A stretch of 64,000 nt of DNA from Podarcis tiliguerta (taxonomy: Eukaryota): assembly GCA_965153285.1 (NCBI GenBank), contig OZ229117.1; one strand, 5' to 3'. The translations under genes were made by a program, and so were the position numbers. Below, piece by piece: positions 33,141 to 46,019 of the stretch. The first letter of the stretch is position 1. Every line of letters starts with the position of its first letter. The notes below the pieces were generated by a model. The model was not told the DNA's origin and did no database searches. It was given only the letters and a program-made list of their open reading frames with translations.

Positions 33141-33459
33141 TGCATGAAAAATGCCTGGCCTTGTGACAAGATCTGGCTTTCTTTCCTCTGTGTGTCAAAC
33201 TCTCTTCCAGCAGCAGCAGCCACTGCTGCAAGCAAAGCAAAGCAAAGGCCAGGGGAAGACTCAGGGAAGCCTGGGCACTGCAGGAGTTCCTGGGACTCCT
33301 GGCCTGATATGGAGTCCCAGCAGGAGTGACACCTGCTTCTCGCTTTTCCATTTCGGCCAAGGGCAGTGTGGAAGGAAGAAGGGAGGAAGCCTCAGAGACA
33401 TACCCATCTCCTCTTCTGAGTGTCCTTCACACCTTCAGACCTATAAACAGCAATGTGGT

Positions 33460-33590
33460 TTAATAATTATTATAATATTTATATTTATTTATTATAATAT
33501 ATTATAGTTATTATAATATTTATTATAACATTATAATATGTATTATAATATTATAATATTTATTATACTATTTATTTATTATAATAATTC
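33460..33590. repeat. AT-rich low-complexity (TTATAATA-like) repeat
   Basis: Near-pure A/T tract with repeated ttataata units. Confidence 0.85.
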
Positions 33591-33648
33591 CCTCTTCCCA
33601 GAAAACTCGGAGAACTGTGGCTCTGTGAAGGGAATAGGTGTCATCTAA

Positions 33649-33880
33649 CCAGGGGTGGAGGAAGGGGGGCAGTGGGGGCGGGGCGCCCCAGGTGTCACCA
33701 CTGGGGGGGGGGGTGACAAAATGCCAGGCAGCACTCACCGCAGGGCCTGCAGCGTGCCCGAGCCATGCGTCTCTCCTGAGAGTGACGTGGTGGCTTGGGC
33801 ACCTGCAGGCTCCGAGCTGCCCCAAATGGTCCGCCCGCTGCCTCCCCCTCAGCTGTAGGGCAGCTGAGTGGGAGGAGGCA
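33649..33880. mobile_element. Truncated hAT element end related to the 47076-49347 element
   Basis: ..GGAAGGGGGGCAGTGGGGGC..GGTGTCACCACTGGGGGGGGGTGACA resembles the reverse complement of 49280-49347. Confidence 0.55.
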
Positions 33881-36422
33881 GGCAGACTCCTCGGACACCT
33901 AACAAGTCTCAATACCCTTAACAAACTAGATTGTTTCCTGGAAGCCATGACTGTTTAAATTGGCATGATACTACTTTTAATGTATTGGAGCAGATGAGAA
34001 GTATAGTGTACAACAAGATATACCAGCACTGAGCAGTTAAAATAAACAAAGGTAGTGCCAGAAAGGCAAATAAAAAGTCATTTGCCAGGTGTCAGAGTTT
34101 CCTGAGGGAGAGCAGTCCCATTTCAGGGGTCCACACATCCTGAAAGGTCCTTTCCTGGCCATCTGTACTTCACTCCAAAATGAGGAGGTGTTTTGGGGCA
34201 GCGCAGCTGTTGGTAGCCCTTTACTGCAGTAGTATTAGCCCTGCAACCTAGCATGGGCATGTTCGCCTCTCTGGAGATGGGGATATTATTATGGGAAAGT
34301 TCATCTAAAGCAGAATGCAAACTGGTCTAGTGTAATCATTTTCTCGGTGAACTGGGCCTGCAATGGCAAAAAAAAGAGGTTGGGTGGAATTTCTTGTGTT
34401 GACTGAGCACCCATTTCCAGCAGTGAACAGCCAAATTGAGCAGGACTTAATCTCCACTCACCAGCTGATTCAGGAAATGGTTTGCACTGCAACCTCCTGC
34501 TAAAACAGAGGCCTCCCCCCTGCCCTGTTTTAGCAGACATTTCTATGCAAACTTGCATAGGATCCCCTGCTAAAATTATGGCAACCCCCTCTTTTTTAGC
34601 AGGCAGTTCTGAGACACACCCATTCCTGAATCAGAGTGTGTGCATCAGAATCTTGTACTAAAACGGATGGATTTTTAAATCATCATTTTAGCAGCGGATC
34701 TATAGTTACACCTGCTAGGATGAGAAAAGAAACCATCCCCTTTGGAAGCACTTTGACATCCTGATTTTGGGACTTCAAAGTACCTTGCACATGACTTTGT
34801 TGTGATTGACAAGTTGGTGCTCCCACCCCACCAAATTTGGCTTGTGAGGCTGATCTGGATAAGGATCTAGCCCATGGAGTCCCAAAGGTTCCTCTTCCTC
34901 CTGCTAATAAAAAGGTTAAGGGATCTTTGCATTTCCCCCTCTCTCATTTGTTTGACAGTGACATAGGAAGCTGCTGCCTTGTACACAGTGTCTAGCTCAG
35001 TTGCCTACACTGACTGAGTGTGGCTCTCCAGGGTTTCAAAACGAGGACATTCCCAGCCATACCTGGCGATGCTACTGGGGAAGGTGTGTTGTGTATGAAT
35101 GTGGCACAGCTACTGCATGCCACGTAGCTGCTCTGCCACACAGCTACAGTCTTTCCTCCTAAGAGAAACTTCCTGTTTAAAAGAAGACAATATTCTTACA
35201 AAAGGTCATATTTTACTGACAGCTGTAAACACTGAGTCAGTTTATAACTCTTTATGTGCTTTTTTAATATGTTGACGTATTTTATTCAGGGGCTCTGGTG
35301 GCACTCCCTGGCAAATAACATATAACTCGGCTCCATCAAACATTAGCAGGAATCTCTCTTAAGCCCTGGCACAGGACCTTCCCACCGGCTTGGCACAGAG
35401 GCTGCTCTTCTCCTGCTTCTTCCAGCACTGCAAAGCAGCCCAGTCCAATCGCACTGCATTCCTCTCCATTCCAACATTTCTGGCTCTCTAGAGTCACTTC
35501 TGGACTGTTCTTCTGCCTCTCCTGGCCCTTTGATGGCAAGATAAATTTCCTGGGTAAACAGCCAAGGGCCCTTGTATATCCTGTCTGGTGCTGGGTGAGA
35601 TGAGGGCTGATTTGGGCCAAAAGGAAGAACCCCGCCCTGGTAGGCAACCTCCTTGGGATGCAGCAGTGGGGTACCACATGTTGCCAGCGCCAGGGGCAAG
35701 GCAAGAATGACTCCCCCTAACCTCATTGTGGGCATCACGCTGGAGGCAACAAGTGGACTTCATTTGCTGTGCCCCTACAGTGGCCGCTCCTTGCAGAGGT
35801 CGTTGGATGGTAGCCACGTTTGCCCTCTCAGCTCAGCGAGATCCCGGTGGGAGTGGTGGTTGGCTCTCCTTGGCAGGCTTGGTGGCATCCCAGCAGTGCT
35901 GAAGCCACAGCTGCAGCAGGTCTTGGAGGAGGGTGAAGGAGAGCAGGCTGAGGTGCCAAGCGCAGCCCTTCTCCAGCCACCGCCTCTTGGTCATGCAGTG
36001 TGAGGGCGAGCACTGGCGGGTTCCAGGTGAATGGGTGGCTATTGTCTCTGCATTCCCACTGCAGGGTACATGCCTCGTCCAAAGGTACACGCTGGCAGGA
36101 AGACCCCAGGGAAGGACTGGTGCAGACTGGAAAAAGTCTGAGCTCCCTCTGGTGGGAGTTCTGCCCAGGGGTTGGTGACACTTTGCCAGCTGCAAGGAGA
36201 TGGAGGCCTGGACATGGCTCACCTCCTCACAGGTCTGGAGGGTGGCAGCCGTACAGCCTTGGCAAGGAATCCTGTTGTAGGGGAGCTGGGCTGCTCCCCC
36301 TTAGAATTCTGCGCCCGGGGCCATGGCCACTGTCACCCCCCACATGATGCCACTGGGATGCACTGAGATTCTGGTTTCACTTGAGGGCATCAAGAAGAGG
36401 AGCACTGTGGGAGCTTTTCCAT

Positions 36423-36744
36423 TGTTATGTACTGAGCTGAATCCTTGATCAATAAGATCCAGAATACAGCAGTCTGATTGGTCCACAGGAGCCACCCAAT
36501 CCAGCTCCAGGTGGAAGTGAATCAGCAACCTGATTGGCCTGCAGGAGCAGCCAATCAGGCTTCTGGAGGAGGTGAATCTGCAACCTGATTGGCCTACAGG
36601 AACAGCCTGGAATCAGCCAATCACGCGGGGCCCATTGTGTAAATAATGTATATATAGTTAGACTTTTTGGGGAAAGTTTCATTCATTGCTACTATGAGCT
36701 GAATAAAGAGCATGAAATTCACACTCGACTCTAAGTGTATTTCA
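36423..36744 (+). mobile_element. Solo LTR
   Basis: TG...CA termini; 5-bp TSD TCCAT/TCCAC; six CCAAT/ATTGG boxes in internal repeats; TATATATA about 36649; AATAAA about 36702. Confidence 0.82.
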
Positions 36745-37329
36745 TCCACCATCCATGAACTTGCCCAGAGAAGCTTACCCTTACGGACAGCTCTCCCCCA
36801 AGCAGCAGCCGTTGAAGATTTCATTCATTCTCCTCCCACCAAGTTGCTTGTATTTGGGTCCCTAGCTTTGCGCTAATCTCTTTTTCTGTCATTTGATCCA
36901 AGAAGTTAATCTTCCTGTACTTTGTGTTCACAAAGCCAGTAATGTCAGATTATCCGTTTCGCAAATATCACAGTTAGAGGAGGAATTTTGTCAAGCATCA
37001 GGACTGGAAGAAAACCATTGGGTCATTTTGTCCAACGCCCCACCATGAGCTCACCCCACTGTGAGCTCGTCCACACTTCTGCTTGCTCCACCGCTTACCT
37101 CTAGGGAAACCTGTTCTTTACCACTGAATCATAGCAAATGGCAACTGGGTTTTCTTCAGGTTGATGTTTGCTCCGATTCAGCTCCAAAACAGCGGGTTTT
37201 CTCAGGGAAAGCAGCAGGGCAAATAGAAAAATACTCAGACCTGTGCCTAGAAATCATGGGCCTAGTGGAAAACCTAGGCCAAGGGTGGGAAATGTATACA
37301 AAAGCACGGGAGATCTTGGATACCTCTGT

Positions 37330-40300
37330 TCTTCCATACTTCTGTTTTTGGGAACATAGATCCCAGGATCCAGTAATTAATCTGGCTGGTCTGCGACTCA
37401 CCAAGCTGACCACCACCAGGGCGCTGGCATGGCTCAATTGGCTAACTGATTGGGAAGACTCTGGGAATTTTACCTATATCTCCCTGCAGGGAAATAGTAT
37501 GGTGGACTATATTCTGATACCCACTAATTTGATGCCCTACGTGGCTGAGTTTTACATAGGTGATCCTATGCTCAGTGACCATCTCCCTCTATGTTGCAAA
37601 CTTGTCTTTCCATTGAGGAAGTCAGAACAGTTAATTAATCCATGCCCTCAGGAACCAAGTCTCCAGCACGCAAGGATAGGAGTTAACGAGCATACACTAT
37701 CTCTTTTCCACAGCTTGGTGAATTCTGACCATGTGATTCATTTGTTTTCAGAAGAGAAAGGTGAACTTTCCTCTGTTGTTGGAGTCACTCGGTTTGAGGA
37801 ATTTATTGACACTCCAACAACTGAACTGTCTCATTTACACTCGCACAGGCCACCTAAGAAGAGGGGGATTGACGATTGGACTGACAAAGAAATCATAGCA
37901 ATTAAAACCGAGGTCAGGAGAATCTATAGAGAGTTCAGAGAGACAGGCAGCTCTCGATTGCCTGACATTTACTTCTCCAGATCTCGACAACTTAGGGAAA
38001 CTAGCCAGCTCAGCCGGATAAGATATAGTCAGGCATGTTGGGATACGCTACTCTCAACCATCCTAAAGAAAGATCATAAGAAATTTTGGAAGGCTGTAGC
38101 AGACTCCCCACAGACACAGGATGATTCGCTGACGTTGATTCCATCATTGTCATGGGTAAAGCATTTTAATGCGGTTTTCTTCGATGACTGTATTCCACCT
38201 GATAGTCAGGGCCATGCCAATTTTACTTTTGTGGATGAGTGGGCCCCTGTCTCCATCACCAAAGTTATAACATTAATTGACCAGATGAAAGCAGGAAAGG
38301 CTGCTGACCCTGATGCTATTCCATCTGAATTGATCAAAGCCAAGCCAGAGTGGTGGGCTCCGATACTAGCGGATGTATTCACTATGATAGATAGATCTGG
38401 TATCATACCTAACTCATGGCAGCAATCTATAATTATCCCAATCTTTAAAAAGGGTGACAAAAAGCTGCCATCTAATTATCGGCCAATAAGTCTACTGTCA
38501 AACATTGGGAAATTGTATGCTAAACATATGTTTAATAAACTAACAACTTGGCTTGATGAGAATAACATCATAGGTCCAGAGCAGGCAGGGTTCAGGGTTT
38601 ATGCGACTGTTTGGTGTTATTTCATTTAGCCACTAAGTACAAGCACATTCATAAAGAATGTCTTTATGTGGCCTTCCTTGATATCAAGGCTGCTTTTGAC
38701 ACTGTCAACAGAGGGCTGTTATGGTCCAAATTGGAGACTATGGGCATGGAAGCTAGATTACTTTACTTGATTAAAAACCTTTACACAAAGAACACCTGTC
38801 GCATAAGAACAAAACCAAGGAATGTAATGACAGATCCTGTCGTTATAAACAGAGGTGTAAAGGGCTGTGTACTCGCTCCCTCTCTTTTTAATCTTTTTCT
38901 TAAGGACCTCGCTTCTTTATTAAAACAGGTGGATGCCCACAGCCCAAAACTCAACACATCAAGCATTCCCATCCTTCTATACGCAGATGATATGATTTTG
39001 CTTTCACAGACAAGAATTGGGCTAAAACATTTGTAAAATTACTGTATTGACTATCTGTCCAGAATGAAATTGTGCATGAACTTTGATAAAAGCAAAATGA
39101 TGGTTTTTGGGAATTCATGTAAAAGCTATAGCTGGGTATTTGGTGGAAAACACATCCAGCAGGTATTTGAATTCCACTACCTGGGAATCACATTCCATCA
39201 TGGGCTTCTATGGTCCTTGCACCGTGCAACGGTGGTGAATGCCAGTAAGATGTCTATGCAGGCCATAATGCATTTCTTTATAACAAGAGGTAATTCACAT
39301 ACCCCCTCTGCTCTCAAGGTCTTCAGCGCCAAAGTTATAGCTCAATTGCTCTACGGCATTCCAGTCTGGCTGCCAGGGTAGAATGAGTGCAGGCAGCTTT
39401 CCTTTTTAAGATTTTTGCCGTCCCACATTGTGTAGCCTTTGCAGACTTGTGTCTAGAGGGAGGTCAACACAAGATAGAGACCATAGCTGGGCGAGATTTC
39501 TTACATGCTGGTTAAACATCTGCCTCACAACAGATAAAGATCCTCTCCTTAGTGAAGTTTTGCTAGATCCCTTTCTTTCTCCAGGGCTACAACAGTTTAA
39601 CATAAAGGTACAGCAACTTGGGCTGTCAGTGGAATCTTTGCAATCGATGTCTCCACCATCTGCCAAGGCTATAATAAAAACTAGGTTGTGAGATATTGAA
39701 TGCCAGGAACTAACAGCAGCAGCAGAAAAAACATGCTCCCCTCTTAATGTTCAACTTTCTTGGGCACATTAAATTAACCACAATTATCTTGAATTTTTGC
39801 TTAATCCTCAAGAAAGAAGGGCATTTTTGCTGGCCAGGTTTAATTCAAATTCAAATCCTTCAAACCTCCTATGAGGAAGGTTCTCGGGAATGGTGGAAGG
39901 AGAAAGAATTTGCCCATGTGAAGACCATCAGGTGGAAGCTCTTACACATATGGTTCTTAAATGTAAATTATATGTTGATCTCCGCCAGCAGTTCCTAGAT
40001 CAACTCTGCATCCCCAAATGGAAACCAGAGTTGTTGCTGTTGTTTAGTCGTTTAGTCGTGTCTGACTCTTCGTGACCCCATGGACCAGAGCACGCCAGGC
40101 ACTTCTGTCTTCCACTGCCTCCCGCAGTTTGGTCAGACTCATGTTTGTAGCTTCGAAGACACTATGCAACCATCTCGTCCTCTGTCGTCCCCTTCTCCTT
40201 GTGCCCTCCATCAGAGGTCATATATTTTCTATTTTGGGGAAATAATCAGGAGCTCACCAAGCTAATGGCTAAATATTTTTATCTGGTTTTTGTTGTCGAA

Positions 40301-40463
40301 ACACATTGCAGACGTCTGATCTCACTGGAGACATGTAATGTTAGACTGCTCTGCCTCTTTCATCTGACAAATGTTTTGTATCACTGGGAAGGCGCTAATT
40401 CTGTACTAATTTGCTATGGATATTTGTATGTGATGCCAATAAAAGGTTTGATGACCATGATGA
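37330..40463 (+). mobile_element. Decayed non-LTR retrotransposon ORF2 (RTE-X-like)
   Basis: APE end (FTYISLQGNSMVDYILI..SDHLPL); RT motifs NYRPISLLS, FLDIKAAFDTV, GVK-GCVLAPSLFNLF, LLYADD; C-terminal C..C..E...H....C..Y...R; frameshifts and stops; AATAAA plus (ATG)n-like tail. Clade assignment is less certain than the LINE call. Confidence 0.88.
40031..40211 (-). mobile_element. RTE-BovB 3' fragment nested in the LINE
   Basis: Reverse complement of the BovB 3' end (..GGCGTGCTCTGGTCCATGGGGTCACGAAGAGTC..ACGACTAAACGACTAAACAAC..); CAGAG on both flanks. Confidence 0.8.
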
Positions 40464-43089
40464 AAACCTATTGGACACACCTTTTAGGCACAGGACAAAC
40501 AAAGTGTGGGCAAATCCTTAGGCAATGCGGATGCCTGCCCTACATCAGTAGCCACCAGCTGGATGGCTGAACAAGAACAAAAGCCCAAGTGCGGGGAGGA
40601 AGCCTCAGCCTCTGTGCTTGGCAGTAGAAGGAGCCCGGCCCTTTCTGCCCTTCCTGCCCATCCATCACTGCCCATTCAGCCACCCCTGGGCTCTCAACCT
40701 CCTGGAATAGGCCTGGCTGCTTTCCAGTCTCCCAGCAGAAGGTTACTGTTGGACGGAGACTGATGTCTTAGCAGGAAGAGTTTGGTTTTCAGGGTGTGCC
40801 AGATCCCCGTAAGCCTTCTCCTGCCCTATGCAGACTCTGCTAGATCAAAAGGCGAGGCATGCCCGCATAAAAGAGATCACAAGAGTCAAAGAGGGGAGGG
40901 GGACAAGGAAAGCTTCTTAGCATCTATGTTGCCTAACATTTTGGACTACAGTACCAAGTTACCCAACCAGTGAGCAAAGGGAGAGCACTTGCCTATGTAG
41001 TGCCCCCCACCTTTTCTGCCCATTTCTCTGCCCATGCACAGACCCACAGGCAAATGCTCAGCAGCAAGGTTACCTCTCCAGCGAACAAGAGGCATGGCCT
41101 TTCCCTGGATCTCAATGTAGCATCTTTTGTTTCCTCCGCACAGAAGAGCTGTGCTGGCTGAATAGCTCCTTCCCACCCCCGCCCTCTCAGCACACACCTC
41201 CATAGGTTGGACAGGTGCCTCTTCTGTGTGTTCCCTCCTTTCCTCCTGACAGCAGCCTTCACACCACAGAGCACCCAGCAGTGCAGGACTGGGCTGATCT
41301 GCTGCCAGGGAACAACCAGCTCTTCCTGTTGCTTGTGGCTCCTCAAGGAAGCTGGGCTTGCGACCCCAGGAGGCCCCTGGATCAACGGGAGGTGAGTGAG
41401 ACGGGAGGCTCTGTGGGAGAAAAGTGTGCGCCTGCCAGTGGGAGAGCATGTGTCTGTTTCCGCCATGCTGCTTGGATGCCCAGGATCAAAGAGGGAGACA
41501 CTGACCTGCATTAACAAGTGATCCCTATCGGATGAAAACTCTGCCAGGGATCTGGCATAAGGAACAGCAGAGGTAAAGGCCTAGGGGTGCGTTGCAGGGT
41601 ATTTTACTGCCTGCTTAACAAGTGAAATAAAACCCCACCCTTCTTCCCACAAGATGGAAGGCGTTGCCCCAACGGCCCCTGGAAGATGAGAGGCAAAGAG
41701 GGCAGCTGCTTCCTTCACTGCAGAGAAGCTATATGCTGGCCACCAGCTGTGTGCAGCCCTGGGCTGTCCTCTGCTTAAGCAGCTGGTGAATGCAGTGGCC
41801 ACAGGAGGAGAAGTCCAAGGGAGGGTAATGGGGTGGGAGCCCAGTGGAAGATGCAGCAGGGAGGGAACTGTTCCCAGCCACACAAAAATATTGTGGGTGC
41901 ATTCATACAGACCTTCCTAAAACTCCCAGGTGTCAGATCTGGACTGCTGAGAGACCGTTGGGCAGAATATGCTCTTGCAGCTTGTCCTGACACAGCTGCC
42001 CCTCTTGGAGTTAACCCGGCAGTGTGTGATTGTGTGTGGAAAGGGGAGGGAGCACCTTGCATGCTTCGCCTGTTCAAGAGGCTCTGTTTCTGCTCCTGTG
42101 TTGAGGCTGCCAACAACCTGGGGTTTTGCTTTCTTGACAGCAGATGTTTTCATCTGTGCAGAAGAGGCATTGCTAGCCAGCTTGCTTGCCTTCCAGATGC
42201 CTTAGGTATTAATTTGCCCTGGCTGCACAAGACTGGCTTCTGAGATTGAAGGGCTGAGATAGGAGGTCTATTGCTTCTCTGGAGGCAGCCCAGAAGCCTT
42301 TAGTGATTCAGGAGCCTCTGGTGAGGTTTTTTGGATGTAGTGTGTGTGTGTGCGTGCGTGAACACATGTTTTATTTGCACTTGGGGGTGTTTAGGTGCTT
42401 GCCTATTGTTGATTCTGAGGCTCACCAGTTTTTATTATTTGGCACTGATATTTTGCGATGCTCATAAGAGATTCTTAGATTCCCAAAAGTGCCTCTTGCA
42501 CCTGTTCTGTGCTATATTGCTTAATAATTTTGTCTTTGATAATGCTTCCCACCCGTTTACTCAGAACCAACATTATGCTAACCAGCCTGTAATTCCCCAC
42601 TGGACTCTCATTTTTAAAAGGTCAGGTGGCATCTATAAGGCAAGCAACACGGTGGGATTGGCACTGCATGCCACAATACAGCCTCTTCCCCACCCCACAG
42701 GTATGGAATTCCCAGAAGGATGTCTATTTTAAAAGCACAAGGGCATCGATTTCCCTTTGGGGACGGCAGCATTAGTGGCTTTAGGCATTTGCTCCCCTGG
42801 TCTCTGAGACAGCTCCCACCAAAAACCTCAGAGACTGCCAAGCTCAGACCCCTCGCCTGCCAACTCCTCACTCAGTTCAGGAACTAGCGGTTTGTATATG
42901 TTTCTTCAAAACCAGTGAAATGAACATGGTGCCCATGAATAATTTCTGAGCAATTCAAAGAGCTTAAGAGTAATAATTTGGAGTACTCCCTGCTAAGGAT
43001 AGCAGTGATATAAATGTGGGAGAAGGTCTTTCCCAAAGTCTCATCTTGTGTTCCCCCTCCCATATACACTGTGAAGAGAAACCACGTGT

Positions 43090-43500
43090 CAACAAAATGG
43101 TCGCCCTGCACCGCTCTGCATAGAATTCTGTGTTCTTGCATCTTTACTGCTTCTGTGTTACTTTTATGATAGTGCAATTTGCCATACTTCATCCAGCCTG
43201 AGACTCCCACTGATGAGCAATTTCCAGACGGGTAAGATCCAGAAGAAATACCATGAGATAGTTATGACAAAATAGGGTAGTAAAGGACTACAGTGGGATC
43301 AGGATCAATTGGTTGCTTCATAATTCCTGCAATTTCAGCAAGAATCCCTGCCCAGAGCACACAGATCCAGGGGCAATGCCACCATGTGTAGCAGAATGTC
43401 CTCATTTTGCTGCCACCCCTCCAGCATTGTGGAGAAAGGTTTTTGTTGATGTGCCATAATGGGTTAATCACGATGCTTGGGATGCAGTGCCATCAATACG
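43090..43500 (-). mobile_element. Old L1-clade LINE ORF2 C-terminal fragment
   Basis: SPQCWRGG..TFCYTWWHCPWI..LW..I..EI..I resembles the degenerate CCHC region of L1 ORF2. Confidence 0.65.
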
Positions 43501-43988
43501 CTGTTTTGAGCACGTCTTTATGAAGTGGGGCTCTCAGGGGCTGCCTAGACCCATATCCCCTGCCATTTTGTCTTCTGCCCAGACCCAATTCCCAGATTGC
43601 CATCAGGTCAGTTGTTTCTCTACAATTCCTATTTAACCATTCTTTATATGACTGACAACACACCCTTTCAAAGTGACAGCTGAATATGCATACATATATT
43701 TAGAAAACATCATGGACCTAAGAACATTATCTGTTCTGGCCAACTTATTTGCAAAAGCCAGAATTTGTCCAAGTTGTCCAAGCTGATCAAAACCAATGGA
43801 TTTGATCAGCCCTTACTTAGCATGTCCTTTTCCAGTTAGCACTCAAACAGCTCTCCAGTTCTGAATACAGGATGGGTGTTGAAAGGTCTTGGCCCTAGGA
43901 GCATAGTGGTTCAATTCTCTGAAATGTGCTCTCTTTCTCTCCCTCTTTCTCTCTCTTTACCCCCCCCCCCTCAAGGCTTTGGGCTGCC

Positions 43989-45185
43989 ATGCTGAAGCTG
44001 ACCAGGTTAATAGTTCTGGTGATCTTGGCAGTACAGGTCATTGCCCTCACCTTCTGGTTTCAGCTTCATGGCAGGAAATGTCCTCGGGCGCAGGAGCCAT
44101 CCCACGTGCACATTCTCATCCTCTCCTCCTGGAGGTCAGGGTCTTCTTTCGTCGGGCAGATCTTCAGCCAACACCCTGATGTCTTCTACTTGATGGAGCC
44201 AGCCTGGCACGTCTGGGCAACCATGTACCAAAACAGCGCCAAAGTCCTTCATATGGCGGTGCGGGACCTCGTCCGGTCGGTCTTCAAGTGCGACATGTCA
44301 GTCTTCGATGCCTACCTTCCACAGAAGAGAAATGTGTCAGATCTCTTCCAGTGGGAGGTCAGCCGGGCCTTGTGTTCCCCACCAGTGTGCAACTCCTTCC
44401 AGCGCAGTGACTTCATCTCCAAGCATGCCTGCAAGACGCTCTGTAGGAAATCCCCCTTCAGCAAAGTGGAAGAGGCCTGCAGGTCTTACAGCCACATTGT
44501 CCTGAAGGTGGTCAGGATCTTTGACCTCAAGGTGCTCTATCCTCTCCTCAATGACCCCTCCCTTAACCTCAAAATCATCCACCTGGTCCGTGACCCCAGA
44601 GCCGTTTTCCACTCTCGCAAGAACACAGGAGGTAGCCTGGCCCGGGACACGAGGATTGTGCTGAGACACAAGAGGAATGCAATGGATACCGAGCCCTACG
44701 CTGCCATGCAGGAGATTTGCAAAAGTCATGTTGAGGTTTACACTGAAGGCAGGCAGGCCCTTCCCAGCACCCTCCAGGATCGCTACCTCTTGGTGCGGTA
44801 TGAAGATATTGCCAGCAATCCCTTGGCCAAGGCTGCTCAGCTCTACAGTTTTGCAGGACTGCCCTTCTCTCCTAACCTTCAGTCCTGGGTGCACAACATC
44901 ACCCATGGGCAGGGCCTTGGCAAGCAGGCCTTTGATGTTGACTCCAGGGACGCAGTGAATGTGTCACAGGCTTGGAGGAAGGCCCTTCCTTATCTCCAAA
45001 TAGCAAAGCTGCAAGAGGTCTGTAAGGATGCCTTGAAGCTACTGGGCTATCCACTAGTTAGGTCTGAGGAAGAGCAGAAGAATATGGCATTAGACCTCTT
45101 TTATGCCCAAACGCCTCTTGTCAATCAGGAAAGCAAAAGGAGCCTCGAAGCATCACCTGCAATTTCTTGGACTTGGACCAGATGA
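43989..45185 (+). CDS. CHST4: Carbohydrate (GlcNAc-6-O) sulfotransferase 4, single coding exon, 398 aa
   Basis: gccATG after a splice acceptor at 43974-43975; N-terminal TM segment; 5'-PSB WRSGSSFVGQ; FYLMEPAWHVW; 3'-PB RDPRAVFHSR; RYEDI; WVHNIT; NVSQAWR; adjacent to TAT as CHST4 is in other amniotes. Confidence 0.88.
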   Translation: MLKLTRLIVLVILAVQVIALTFWFQLHGRKCPRAQEPSHVHILILSSWRSGSSFVGQIFSQHPDVFYLMEPAWHVWATMYQNSAKVLHMAVRDLVRSVFKCDMSVFDAYLPQKRNVSDLFQWEVSRALCSPPVCNSFQRSDFISKHACKTLCRKSPFSKVEEACRSYSHIVLKVVRIFDLKVLYPLLNDPSLNLKIIHLVRDPRAVFHSRKNTGGSLARDTRIVLRHKRNAMDTEPYAAMQEICKSHVEVYTEGRQALPSTLQDRYLLVRYEDIASNPLAKAAQLYSFAGLPFSPNLQSWVHNITHGQGLGKQAFDVDSRDAVNVSQAWRKALPYLQIAKLQEVCKDALKLLGYPLVRSEEEQKNMALDLFYAQTPLVNQESKRSLEASPAISWTWTR

Positions 45186-45784
45186 GACATCAGAAGCTTC
45201 CTAACACTATTGGTCCATTCGGCTCACTATTTTCCACACTGACTGGCAGTGGCTCTGCCAGCAAGATGGCAGCTTGACTTGAACTGTTCCTGAAATACAG
45301 CAGTCATGCAAAAAAATAATGATGCAACAGCCCACAAGGGAGAAGTCTGCCCAGCTCGTCACAGAATCTTGTCACTTCCATTTCTGCAAGTTTGCAGCAT
45401 GTTACAGCTGAAACTTCGCCCAGGGACAGGGATCTGGACACAGCAATGGAATCACCTCTTCCCTTTCTGTTTGAAAAGCTGGGGGGGGGGGGGAGAGATG
45501 GGCTTGCCTTACATTCAGGCCCTGAATCCAGCAAGCACCCTTTCATAATATGGTCTTTTAATGGTAATATGGCAGACTAGCACACTTATTAAGGCATAGG
45601 CTGTGTTAATTGGATTACCAATGCCAGAATGTTTGTGTGGTAACTAGGTTTTGTGGGAATGGCCAGTGTAAATGGCATAAAAATCTATTTCTGTACTTTT
45701 CTGCATTTTCTTCCCTTCTGACTTAACTGTTGACAATTCCTACTCCTGAGTTGGGTACGTTTGTACCTGTAGCTCAGGATAACA

Positions 45785-45897
45785 CCTTGTGCATCTGATG
45801 AAGCCAACTGCAGTTCACAAAAGCTTATGCCAAACTAAATTTCTAAGTTGTTAAGGTGCCGGAAGACTCTTTGTTGGTTCTGCTATAAGAGACTAAT
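45785..45897 (+). mobile_element. Penelope-like element fragment with a degenerate minimal hammerhead ribozyme
   Basis: GCAT-CTGATGA-..AACTGCAGTT..-CAAAA-GCTT-ATGC followed by the Penelope-type ..TAAGGTGCC..AAGACTCT.. segment. Confidence 0.6.
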
Positions 45898-45914
45898 AAA
45901 ACTAATCCTAAACT

Positions 45915-46019
45915 TTGTTGTTGTTTAGTCGTTTAGTTGTGTCCGACTCTTCATGACCCCATGGACCAGAGCACGCCAGGCACTCCTGTCTTCCACTGTC
46001 TCCCGCAGTTTGGTCAGAC
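45915..46019 (-). mobile_element. RTE-BovB 3' fragment
   Basis: Near-identical to 40031-40140; 11-bp TSD AATCCTAAACT at 45904-45914 and 46020-46030. Confidence 0.85.
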
